This document shows, one piece after another, positions 33,647-41,730 of a stretch of DNA of 64,000 nt. The notes under the pieces were generated by a model that was given only the letters and a program-made list of their open reading frames with translations, was not told the origin of the DNA and made no database searches. The stretch is taken from NCBI GenBank assembly GCA_000092065.1, contig CP000594.1; one strand, 5' to 3'. The DNA is from Ostreococcus lucimarinus (taxonomy: Eukaryota). Made by a program: the position numbers and the translations under genes. Position 1 is the first letter of the stretch. The number at the start of each line of letters is the position of its first letter.

Positions 33647-34657
33647 ATGGCGAACCCGTTCGCGACGCTCGACGGCGACGCGCGCGGCGACGACGGGCGA
33701 GACGACGGCGAGAGTGGCGACGCGGCGCGCGGCGCGCGCGCGGCGACGGCGGCGACGCGCGCGAGACGGACGACGACGACGACGACGAGGGCGGCGAAGA
33801 AGCGCGAGACGGCGGCGCGGCGAGCCGAGGCGGAGGCGATGCGCGCGCGCGCGCACGCGGCGATGGCGATGGAAAAACGAGAGGACGATCGTTGGGGGAA
33901 GGTGGCGAAGGGATCGGGAATCGCGAGGAAGGCGGCGAAGGAGATGGCGAAGACGATGACGACGACGGCGGCGAGGGACGACGACGACGCGACTGGAGAG
34001 ACGACGACGGAGACGACGGAGACGACGGAGACGACGACGACGACGAGTGATGCGATGGCGAAGGTGAGTGAGGTGTTCTGGCACACGTTCGAGGACACGG
34101 GGGCGTCGTGTTGGTGCGTGCGAGTGGAGGACGAGGACGGCGAGTCGACGACGATGTCGATTACGAAATCCGTGCCTCGCGCGAGAAAAATTCCGAGCGA
34201 TGGGGGCGAACGACCGGTGTTGGTGAGCGGCGAGATTCGACTATTACTCGCTGAGTGGGACGATCGCACGCGCATCGATCGAGCGAGGCGCGCGAAGGCG
34301 AAATTGAAGGCGGCCAAGGCGGCGGCCAAGGCGGCCGCGGAGGCGGCCGAGGCGCCGGCCGAGGCGCCGGCCGAGGCGCCGGCGGTCGAGACATCGCCCG
34401 CGCCGGTGGCGGAGACGCTGTCCGCGGCACCGCCTGATTTCGGCGCGACGCGTAGAGCGCCGCCGCCCGGGTTCGAAAAACCTGCGTTTCGAGTCGTGCA
34501 CGTGCCGGTTGTCGATCCTGCTGTCGAGGCGAGGCAACGCGAGCTCGAGGCGCAAGTCGCGGCGTTGCAAGCGCAACTCGCCGCACAGCAGATGATGCAA
34601 CAGACGACGTACGCGCCACCGCCGCCAAGCTTTTCGGGAGGATCATCGATCTGGTAA
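33647..34657 (+). CDS. Stm1 / HABP4-SERBP1 (PAI-RBP1)-like RGG-rich ribosome- and mRNA-associated protein
   Basis: Verified ATG. N-terminus MANPFATLDGDARGDD matches the family signature M..NPF.LLDDD. Followed by RG-rich low complexity, a poly-Thr/Glu-Thr tract and (AEAP)n. Family assignment rests mainly on the N-terminal motif. Confidence 0.45.
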   Translation: MANPFATLDGDARGDDGRDDGESGDAARGARAATAATRARRTTTTTTRAAKKRETAARRAEAEAMRARAHAAMAMEKREDDRWGKVAKGSGIARKAAKEMAKTMTTTAARDDDDATGETTTETTETTETTTTTSDAMAKVSEVFWHTFEDTGASCWCVRVEDEDGESTTMSITKSVPRARKIPSDGGERPVLVSGEIRLLLAEWDDRTRIDRARRAKAKLKAAKAAAKAAAEAAEAPAEAPAEAPAVETSPAPVAETLSAAPPDFGATRRAPPPGFEKPAFRVVHVPVVDPAVEARQRELEAQVAALQAQLAAQQMMQQTTYAPPPPSFSGGSSIW

Positions 34658-34732
34658 CTCGTTATTTGTTCGTTGTAATTGTCACATTGACAAATCTAGC
34701 AAACGCGAGCGCAAAATAATCTACAAATAATC

Positions 34733-35185
34733 TCAAGACGATTCTTCGTCGTCGCAACGCTGGAACTCGAGCTTCATCTTTCGAGGCGCGGGCCACGTAG
34801 AGATAGCCGCCATAACGACGTCGAACGACTCTCCACGAGTGGAAAATCTGATTTGCTCTTCGCCTTTTTTAACGCTCACTCCGCCGTAGTCCATTTCGCT
34901 GTTGAACACGATCGCCGACGTAGCGATTAATCTATCACCCACGCTAATCAGGCCGCTCTGCTCGGCCGCACCGCCGGGCACGAGTTCTTCGACAAAAATA
35001 TTTCCATTTTTATCGTTCGCCAGAAACATGCCGAGCGGTTTCTTCAGTTCCACCGCGTATCTCGCGCATCCCGGGGGAACCGGTTCGTCGTCCGCCGCCG
35101 CCGCGCGGCGGCGGGTGAGCCGACGCCGAGACGGTCCCGCGCGCGGCGTCGCGACGGCGCAACGAATGGCAGCACTCGTTGTCAT
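34733..35185 (-). CDS. small PDZ-domain protein with an Arg/Ala-rich N-terminal (transit-peptide-like) leader
   Basis: Verified ATG at 35185. VELKKPLGMFLANDKNGNIFVEELVPGGAAEQSGLISVGDRLIATSAI fits the PDZ fold (GLGF-like loop, betaB-betaC, GD.Ll.vng). Confidence 0.5.
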   Translation of the reverse strand: MTTSAAIRCAVATPRAGPSRRRLTRRRAAAADDEPVPPGCARYAVELKKPLGMFLANDKNGNIFVEELVPGGAAEQSGLISVGDRLIATSAIVFNSEMDYGGVSVKKGEEQIRFSTRGESFDVVMAAISTWPAPRKMKLEFQRCDDEESS

Positions 35186-36387
35186 CTGCGTTCGAAAATA
35201 AGAAGCGAAAAAGTGAAAATGTCAGTCTTCGTCCGCTCGCTCGTTCATCGTCTCAGAGAGTATGGTCACAAAATATCCACATTGGGTATTCGGTAAAGTT
35301 TTTGGGTTAAAGGTTTTCATCTTCCTTGACGACGGCGCGATGAAGTCGAAGAAAAACGAACGTCGAGAACGACGACGACGACGACGGATGTAGCAGGGGT
35401 TCTAGAGGCCGTTAGTCATGGACAGACACGAAGCCCGCTTTACCCAAGCGTCACTCTACGGGCGTCTTCTGACGCGTCCGCGAATCTTTGAATCGCGGCG
35501 CGCACGTTCGAGATAAATCTCGCACCCAACATCGATCGAAAAGTAAAATGAATCCATTCAGCGGCGTGTCAGTGTTTCGTGAATCTTTTCACCGCGCCGA
35601 AACGCTCTAAAGGTGTCCTAAGATATATTGACGAAGTCATCACCCACACCGCCGAAACGGCGAGAAAAACCAAACAAACAAACCAACGATCGCGTCAGGA
35701 ATCAAAAATGATTTCGTTTCAAAGGAAGCCACTGAACACGGAGTCCTCAATTGAACTATGCCTTGATTCGAGCATCACCCGCGTCGTCGTCCGTCGTCTT
35801 CGTCGTCTTCGTCGTCGCTCGACGAGAGAAAAATCCACCCGCCGCTCGCGCGCGTTTCCAAGCCTCAGCTTAACGAGATTCACAAGTTTGATCGTCACCG
35901 AAATCAGATGGTACGGACAAGTGTGTCTCATCATCGGCTTCGCGCGCGCGACGGGCGGTCGCGCGTTTTCGTTTATCCGGCTAGCGTTCCGGCGTCGCGG
36001 GACCGGCCCGCGCGCCTCGCTCACGGTTCGCCGCGTCTCGCGCGTCGGCTCGCGCTCTCGCGCCCGTCCCGAGAGACGCGCGCTCGATCGCGTGCGTCAT
36101 CGCTCGACGGTGGTTTATCTCGGCGCGACCGAGCGCTGCGCGCGTCATGAGCGGGACGCGGCAGTGACTCTAGAGTGGATCGGCCTCTCGCGTTCTCGCG
36201 CGTCGCGTCGTCGTCGTCGTCGTCGTCGTCCTCGTCGCGTCGCGTCGCGTCGTCGCGCACCTCGTCGCGCGTCTCTCGCGCGCGCGTCTCGCGTTCGCGC
36301 GCGCTCGCGTCGCGCGGTGCGGTCGGGTCCGATTCGCCGCCGCCGCCGCACACCGCGACGCCGCGTCGACGCGCCGCGACGACGCGC

Positions 36388-37422
36388 ATGGAGACGGACG
36401 CCGACACCGGACGGGTGCGCGTGAAACCTGCGCTCGAGGCCGTGCGCGCGCACGACGGCCCGCTCGAGATCGATCTCGGGACGCTGCGCGTCGTCGACGC
36501 CGCGCCGCTCGATGTCACCGCCGCCGACTCGGGCGAGGCGGAGGCGCACGCGCGCGAGCGCGCGCGAGACGTCCTCCAGCGCCTGGTCGCGGAGTTGTTC
36601 GCGCTGCCGAGCGAAACGGACGCGCACGGACGGTTCGCGCAGTTGCCCGAACCGACGACGACGTTCCCGAGGCTGCGCGCGTTGCCCCCGAGCGAGGCGC
36701 CGCTGACGAAGTGGGAAAAGTTCGCGAAGGAGAAGGGGATCAAGAAACGGAAGCGAAGCAAGGAGGTGTTCGATGAGAAGACGGATGAATGGAAACGGCG
36801 GTATGGGTATCAACGCGCGAGGGACGGGAACGATGTCATCATCGCGCCGGGGAAGATGACGGACGTGCCGGGGAAGACGGAGGACCCGTTTACGCGCGAG
36901 GAGCGAGAGAAACGGGAACGGACGTTGAAGAATCGAGAGAAACAAGATAAGAATTTGATGAACGCGGTGGCGGAGAAGGGTGCGAAGGCGTTACCGCCGA
37001 CGCTGCGATTGGCGGTGACTGGTAAGAAGGACTCCGTGGGGAGCGGGAAGCTAGGGAAACGGGAGATGAAGGACGTGGCGGCGCGCGTCTCGCACTCCAC
37101 GGCGTCGGTCGGCAAATTCAACGCCCCAGTGCCGGGAGACGATAAGGTCAAGGTTCGCGGCAAGCGACGTCAGTTTGCGAGCGTGACGGATATGGATTCT
37201 GAGCGTAAGAAGAGCTCGGAAATCATCGATAAGTTGCTCGCGAAGGAGAAGCGCGGCGGCGTCGTCGACGTCAACGCGGCGGCGCGGAAGATTCAGCAAG
37301 AGAAGGAAAAGGCGAACCGCGTGAGCAAGCGCAAGAAGGCTGACGGCGAGAGTAAGGAGCGGGCGTCCGGTAAGCGAGGGAAACCATCCGCAGCCGGAGG
37401 CGCTCGCGCGAAGAAGAAGTGA
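36388..37422 (+). CDS. RRS1: RRS1 (ribosome biogenesis regulatory protein) homologue
   Basis: PLTKWEKFAKEKGIKKRKRSKEVFDEKTDEWKRRYGYQRARDGNDVIIAPG (cf. RRS1 PLTRWQQFARLKGIRPKKKTNLVWDEVSGQWRRRWGYQRARDDTKEWLIEVPG) and VSHSTASVGKFN (cf. VAKVSTASVGRFQ). Lys-rich C-terminus. In-frame ATG at 36388. Upstream track extension from 36175 starts at GTG in Ser/Arg low complexity. Confidence 0.7.
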   Translation: METDADTGRVRVKPALEAVRAHDGPLEIDLGTLRVVDAAPLDVTAADSGEAEAHARERARDVLQRLVAELFALPSETDAHGRFAQLPEPTTTFPRLRALPPSEAPLTKWEKFAKEKGIKKRKRSKEVFDEKTDEWKRRYGYQRARDGNDVIIAPGKMTDVPGKTEDPFTREEREKRERTLKNREKQDKNLMNAVAEKGAKALPPTLRLAVTGKKDSVGSGKLGKREMKDVAARVSHSTASVGKFNAPVPGDDKVKVRGKRRQFASVTDMDSERKKSSEIIDKLLAKEKRGGVVDVNAAARKIQQEKEKANRVSKRKKADGESKERASGKRGKPSAAGGARAKKK

Positions 37423-37581
37423 TTAGATTGTGATATAACCAAACGACGACACGACGTTAAAGAACCGTAACAAACATCGCGAGTACATGTCGCGACCCGG
37501 GGCGACCACGACTTATGTTCCCTCGTATAGTTGCGTCTTCTCATAGTGATTTGAAGTCGTAAAGTATGAAAAAAGTTGGTG

Positions 37582-37679
37582 ATCAACAGGTCCGGAGTTC
37601 GATTCTCCGAGGCCCCTACGACAGACCCATACCTAGGGCACTCGGGGTCTTAGCTCAGTGGTAGAGCGGTTGACTGCAG
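37582..37679 (+). tRNA. circularly permuted tRNA-Cys(GCA) gene. The 3' half (positions 38-73) is at 37582..37617 and the 5' half (positions 1-37) is at 37644..37679, separated by a 26-nt linker
   Basis: 5' half GGGGTCTTAGCTCAGTGGTAGAGCGGTTGACTGCAG matches eukaryotic tRNA-Cys-GCA (GGGGGTATAGCTCAGTGGTAGAGCATTTGACTGCAG...) through anticodon-loop position 37, then diverges. The missing 3' half, A-TCAAC-AGGTC-CGGAG-TTCGATT-CTCCG-AGGCCCC-T, lies 27 nt upstream. It closes the anticodon stem (GTTGA/TCAAC), makes a T-arm (CGGAG/CTCCG, loop TTCGATT) and pairs 7/7 with the acceptor 5' strand (GGGGTCT/AGGCCCC, one G-U). A/B-box order is therefore reversed, as in permuted tRNA genes of red algae and prasinophytes. 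Confidence 0.7.
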
Positions 37680-37812
37680 TTAAAAACCATTTCTTTTTTG
37701 GACGTTTCTCGTCTCGACGCGTTTAGGGCACTCGGGGTCTTAGCTCAGTGGTAGAGCGGTTGACTGCAGTTAAAAACCATTTCTTTTTTGGACGTTTCTC
37801 GTCTCGACGCGT
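37634..37812 (+). repeat. 2 x 90-bp perfect tandem duplication containing the tRNA-Cys 5' half plus its T-tract. The second 5' half (37734..37769) has no adjacent 3' half
   Basis: tagggcactcggggtcttagctcagtggtagagcggttgactgcagttaaaaaccatttcttttttggacgtttctcgtctcgacgcgt occurs twice, head to tail. Confidence 0.85.
37694..37699 (+). terminator. RNA polymerase III terminator-like T6 tract 15 nt after the tRNA 5' half
   Basis: ttcttttttgg read directly. An oligo-T run is the Pol III termination signal. A second copy is at 37784..37789. Confidence 0.5.
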
Positions 37813-37909
37813 AACGCGATAGACGTGCGCGCGCCGACGTGTCTTCGTGATGTCTTCGTCTAAATCAGCACTTCACTTTTTATCACAATAGTTGACGACG
37901 ACGACGCGT

Positions 37910-39706
37910 CTATTTCTTCGCGACGACTTGCGCGAAGCTCACTTTGACCTTCTTCGCCGCCGCGGTCTCCGTCCCCGCGTGTAAATCATCGTTGAGCGAG
38001 TCCAATTGCGTGATTGAATCGTCTTCTTGCATTTCTTTGCGTTTGCGAGCCGCCTTCGTATCGTCTCCCAGGGGCAAAGGTTTCTCTTCGGAGATTTTCT
38101 TTTCCTCGTCCTCCGCGCTCGCCGCTTTCTTCTCCTTCTCCGGCGCGTAGATGTCCTTGACGTAGCCGTCGATTTCTTCTTTCACGAAGCTCGGTAAATC
38201 CTTGCGCTTCAAATATTTGACGTTCGCCTGCATCCCGGGTACCCAGTTCGATTCCCCAGTCGCGCGATCCATCCACGACGTCACAGTCATTTGGAACTGC
38301 TCCACCGCGGGATTCAAGTTGAGCGAAACCTTCTCCTCCTTCTTCTTCAGGCTCGAAGGAAATAACCCCAAGAACAGCGTGACGTGCGAGTTTTCGTCCT
38401 TCTCCGGATCTTTGTACCTCGACGTGCCGGGATGCGCAAGCATTTGCCCTCCCGTGGCGTTTTCGATGCCTTGGATTAAAAGCTTGATTCGCGAGCCGAC
38501 CCAACCTTCCCACTTCTTAAAGTCATCTTCGTTCTTGGCCGAGATGGTAACCATCAAATAATGCTTGTATTTTTCTAAAAAGTTCAACGAACACCACAGC
38601 TGCTCCCACTTCGCGGTGTTTAAAAGAATCATCTTGGTCACTTCCTTGCCGCGCTTGAACTCGGCTTTGAGCACCTCGAGCGTGCTGACGCTCACGTTGA
38701 ACGTAGAGTTTTGCGCCGGATACGCCGGAGTTAAGATTTTCATCAACTGATATCGCTCTGCCTTGTTCACACGCTCGTCCCACACTCGCATCCCGGGTAA
38801 GCCTTCGTCGACGATGGGTACGAGCATCACCGGCGTCGTCCATTGCCACGCCGACCATAGTTGGAAAAAGCTGTACACGAGCATGGAAGGTGCGGCGTTG
38901 GGGTACAACTGACACACGCGCGCTACTAAAATCGCCAGGTTTACGCCACCGAAAAACCCGACGACGTTGCTATACACCCCGCGCCGCTGCGCCCACAGAC
39001 GCAACGTGCGAAGCGCCACTCGAAACGCGTCGTGGTTTGGCACGACGCGCAACAACTGATCCGCCACGCGACAACCATTCAGGGATTTCACCCCTGGGTC
39101 GTCCAAATTCATCATCACCGACGTCTGACACACGTCTAAGTCCTCTGGCACGTGCGTGTACGACGGTAAGCTCGTGTACGCCATATCTATTTCAAAACCT
39201 CTAAACACGAGTTTGATTTCTGGCACGATGGCGTCGCGCACGGGCACGATGCTCTCCGTTCCAGGGTGTTTCCGCATCACGTCATAAAACGACCCTTCGT
39301 AATCATTCTCATCCCATCCAAAGAAATCCTCCTCTCGGCTCAGATGTCTCGGCCCGAGGCACAGCGTATCGATATCCGCAGCCGGTCCGTGCACGCCCAA
39401 TCTATAGCTCCCAAACGTGTACAAGTTACACGACGGCCGCATATCCTCTGTGATCCCCTTTCGCTCGCTCGCCGCCAGCACCCAGTCTTGCAACAACGCG
39501 TTTATCTCCCCCAGCACCTCCTCGCGTCGCACGCACTCGTCCGCGTCTTCGTACACGTCCTCTTCCCGCAGTTTGTCATCGAGCGCCTTGCTCAACTTTT
39601 CGTCGAACGCCGTCGGCATCTCGTTCGACATCACGCGATTCAGCGCCTCCGCGGACGCCGACTGGGTCATGACCGACGGTGCGGAGGGCGTCTGCGCGCC
39701 GATCAT
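37910..39706 (-). CDS. canonical nuclear poly(A) polymerase (PAP, Pol-beta nucleotidyltransferase superfamily)
   Basis: Verified ATG at 39706. N-terminal region KLSKALDDKLREEDVYEDADECVRREEVLGEINALLQDWV. Catalytic segment FGSYRLGVHGPAADIDTLCLGPRH carries the metal-binding aspartates. Central and RNA-binding domains follow, then a Lys/Glu-rich C-terminus. Confidence 0.85.
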   Translation of the reverse strand: MIGAQTPSAPSVMTQSASAEALNRVMSNEMPTAFDEKLSKALDDKLREEDVYEDADECVRREEVLGEINALLQDWVLAASERKGITEDMRPSCNLYTFGSYRLGVHGPAADIDTLCLGPRHLSREEDFFGWDENDYEGSFYDVMRKHPGTESIVPVRDAIVPEIKLVFRGFEIDMAYTSLPSYTHVPEDLDVCQTSVMMNLDDPGVKSLNGCRVADQLLRVVPNHDAFRVALRTLRLWAQRRGVYSNVVGFFGGVNLAILVARVCQLYPNAAPSMLVYSFFQLWSAWQWTTPVMLVPIVDEGLPGMRVWDERVNKAERYQLMKILTPAYPAQNSTFNVSVSTLEVLKAEFKRGKEVTKMILLNTAKWEQLWCSLNFLEKYKHYLMVTISAKNEDDFKKWEGWVGSRIKLLIQGIENATGGQMLAHPGTSRYKDPEKDENSHVTLFLGLFPSSLKKKEEKVSLNLNPAVEQFQMTVTSWMDRATGESNWVPGMQANVKYLKRKDLPSFVKEEIDGYVKDIYAPEKEKKAASAEDEEKKISEEKPLPLGDDTKAARKRKEMQEDDSITQLDSLNDDLHAGTETAAAKKVKVSFAQVVAKK

Positions 39707-39833
39707 GATCGCGGGCGACGACGCGCGCGCGTCGATCGCGTCGGAGTGTGAAGTCGGGCGCGATTAATTTCGACGGCGCGACCGTATTTCGCGGCGCGCG
39801 CGCGCGCGTTCGTTCGCGCGCGATTCGGTTTCG

Positions 39834-40724
39834 ATGCTCGGGACTCAATCTCGCGGTCACGCCGCGGGCGATCGCAAGAGCGCGCTCGTGCGCTACGGAC
39901 TCGTGGCGATCGCGTTGATGAATGTCGGTGTCGAATTGATTAAGATGTACTTTGGAACGAGCGCGCGCGGCGTGGAGGGGCGATACGGACGCGTGCGCGC
40001 GGAGGTGGCGTCGGTAAATCATCGCACGTCGTCGCTCGAGCGGACGATGCCGCGCGCGGATGCGCTGGCGCCCGAGGTGGAGGAGACGCGGGCCGAAACG
40101 GCGGCGGCGACGGCGCTGGCGCCCGAGGTGGAGGAGACGACGACGCCGGCGAACGTTCGGCGGCGAGAGAGAGAGTGCGGTTCGCCCGCCGTCGATGGCT
40201 ACGCGCACGTAAATTTGACGTGCTTGGCGATGAGTGCGACGGCGAGAGAATTCGCTCACGCGTCGGCGAGCGGGCGCGAGAAGTTGCGAGCGCACATCGA
40301 AGAACACGCGTCGTACGACGGCGTGGCGGTTCGTTGGGGAATCCATCACACGACGGAAACCGCGGAGGAGTGCGGTGAGCGGTGCAAAGAACACGTGGTA
40401 AAGCCGGACGGAATCGGTGCAGAAGTTTTGCCGTGCAACGTGTTCGTTTGGTGTCCCAAAGACGTCGGTGAGGGCGGTTGCTTTGAACCAGACGCGCACC
40501 AGCACTTCGCGGGCGACTGTTGGCTCAAGTTTAGCGAGACTCCGGAGAACGTCGAGGTGAACCAGCGAGGGGCCAACGACGCACCTGGGTTCGTGAATAA
40601 GGATGGAAAGACGTTCGCCGAGCGACACGCGAACGCGCCGAAATTAGTCCATTGGTCGAGCGGCGTGCTGCTTCCGGAATCGATGACAGCTTCGAGCACG
40701 CTCGGGCCGCGCGCAACGTGGTAG
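39834..40724 (+). CDS. hypothetical Cys-rich protein with an N-terminal hydrophobic anchor and an internal direct repeat (ALAPEVEET x2)
   Basis: Verified ATG. TM-like LVRYGLVAIALMNVGVELI. Cys-rich C-terminal half (GERCKEHV...LPCNVFVWCP...GGCFEPDAHQHFAGDCWLKF). No family recognised. Confidence 0.4.
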   Translation: MLGTQSRGHAAGDRKSALVRYGLVAIALMNVGVELIKMYFGTSARGVEGRYGRVRAEVASVNHRTSSLERTMPRADALAPEVEETRAETAAATALAPEVEETTTPANVRRRERECGSPAVDGYAHVNLTCLAMSATAREFAHASASGREKLRAHIEEHASYDGVAVRWGIHHTTETAEECGERCKEHVVKPDGIGAEVLPCNVFVWCPKDVGEGGCFEPDAHQHFAGDCWLKFSETPENVEVNQRGANDAPGFVNKDGKTFAERHANAPKLVHWSSGVLLPESMTASSTLGPRATW

Positions 40725-40768
40725 ACATGTAGAAAATTTGTTGTTATACATATACTTGTACACTTTGA

Positions 40769-41035
40769 TTACTGTACGCGGGCCATCCAGTTTGCAGGCG
40801 GTGACCAGGTTGTCACCGCCGCATGGTGATCTCTCTGGTCTTTAGGTGGGCAAGGCCCCATAGCCAAAAACTTCAAAGAACTACTATATTCCAGCGTGTC
40901 CAGTGCTTCCACATTGCGAAGCTTTTCGTCATCTCTTTTTTCCACCAACACGCAGAATTCATTTACTTCCACTGCCCAGGCCTGGCCGGTGTTTCTTTCT
41001 ATTTTGTACATGCCGGCTCTGCATTGGAGGCCCAT
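40769..41035 (-). CDS. second small tandem ORF (~87 aa) starting MGLQC, same strand and frame as the MGCCLS ORF and separated from it by an in-frame TAG
   Basis: The ATG encoding MGLQCRAG lies ~27 nt downstream of the upstream ORF's stop. Coding status uncertain. Confidence 0.25.
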   Translation of the reverse strand: MGLQCRAGMYKIERNTGQAWAVEVNEFCVLVEKRDDEKLRNVEALDTLEYSSSLKFLAMGPCPPKDQRDHHAAVTTWSPPANWMARVQ

Positions 41036-41062
41036 ATTGAAAAGCTTAGCCTCGTTGACTTG

Positions 41063-41389
41063 CTAACAAACTTTCTCAAATGCCTCTACCATTTTCGGCG
41101 GTGTGCAACCCACCGGGAAGCGTATAGCAGACCAGCATCGGATCGTTTCACAAATGGGCCACCCCCCCATGTCCTTCAGTGCGCCGTTCAAGATATCTAC
41201 AAGCTCGATCGCCACGGGTGAGTTTCTCGACCAATCTGGGTCACGGGCACGCATGTAGAGAGGCGACGGCGCATGGGTTTTCAGCAGGGGGGCGATGCGC
41301 CAGGACGTGAAGTCGTGTTTCCCCTGAACTTGAAGAACTGCGAGCAGGTCGGGGTGATAGAATGCTGGGGTGCTCAGGCAACAACCCAT
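41063..41389 (-). CDS. small ORF (108 aa) starting MGCCLS (N-myristoylation plus palmitoylation-type motif), inside a low-GC island
   Basis: Verified ATG at 41389. The N-terminus MGCCLS fits the MGxxxS/T myristoylation consensus with adjacent Cys. No family recognised. Local GC is ~50% against ~68% in flanks. Confidence 0.3.
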   Translation of the reverse strand: MGCCLSTPAFYHPDLLAVLQVQGKHDFTSWRIAPLLKTHAPSPLYMRARDPDWSRNSPVAIELVDILNGALKDMGGWPICETIRCWSAIRFPVGCTPPKMVEAFEKVC

Positions 41390-41595
41390 GATGCGCTGTG
41401 TTTCTTTTCTCGGCCACGCGCGCGTTTTCTTTTGTCCGCCTCTCTCTCGCGCGCGCGTCGTCGAGTGATGCTGGTGCCGCTCGTGACGGATTTAAGGGCG
41501 TGAACACCCGCGTGTAAAAGCAGACACTTTATATAGCACTTTGGGAGGTTAAAAGGTGTCCCAAAGTCTCATACATTGGCCTATACTTTGGCAAC

Positions 41596-41637
41596 ATCCC
41601 GCGCTTTGATTACTGTACAGTAATCAAAGCGCGGGAT
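41596..41637. repeat. perfect 42-bp palindrome (atcccgcgctttgattactgt / acagtaatcaaagcgcgggat)
   Basis: The reverse complement of the right 21 nt equals the left 21 nt exactly. Related motif copies are at 40761..40788 (ctttgattactgtacgcgggccatcc) and 61487..61516 (tacagtaatctatacccgggata). Confidence 0.9.
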
Positions 41638-41730
41638 ACCGTGGAATGGACTCGGAAAAACCTCTAGAAGTTCGGCGGCGCCATTCCGCGCGCGATCTCA
41701 GCGGGCGAGCGTGATCACCAACGTGGACCG

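Noticed and set aside
33277-34329. 350-aa minus-strand ORF overlapping the Stm1-like gene
   Set aside because: Poly-Val/Ser/Ala low complexity. The plus-strand frame carries the conserved MANPF...LDGD family start.
35579-36945. ORFs 35579..36424(+), 36021..36761(-) and 36145..36945(-) around the RRS1 gene
   Set aside because: Arg-rich antisense or upstream low-complexity. RRS1 homology is confined to the + frame from 36388.
37644-37720. Reading the tRNA-like sequence as a conventional intron-containing tRNA-Cys gene
   Set aside because: No TCAAC anticodon-stem partner, T-arm or acceptor 3' strand occurs downstream before the next repeat copy. All of these lie upstream instead, so the gene is permuted, not intron-containing.
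39576-40628. 350-aa minus-strand ORF antisense to the 39834..40724 gene and PAP 5' end
   Set aside because: Arg/Leu/His-rich noise without domains.
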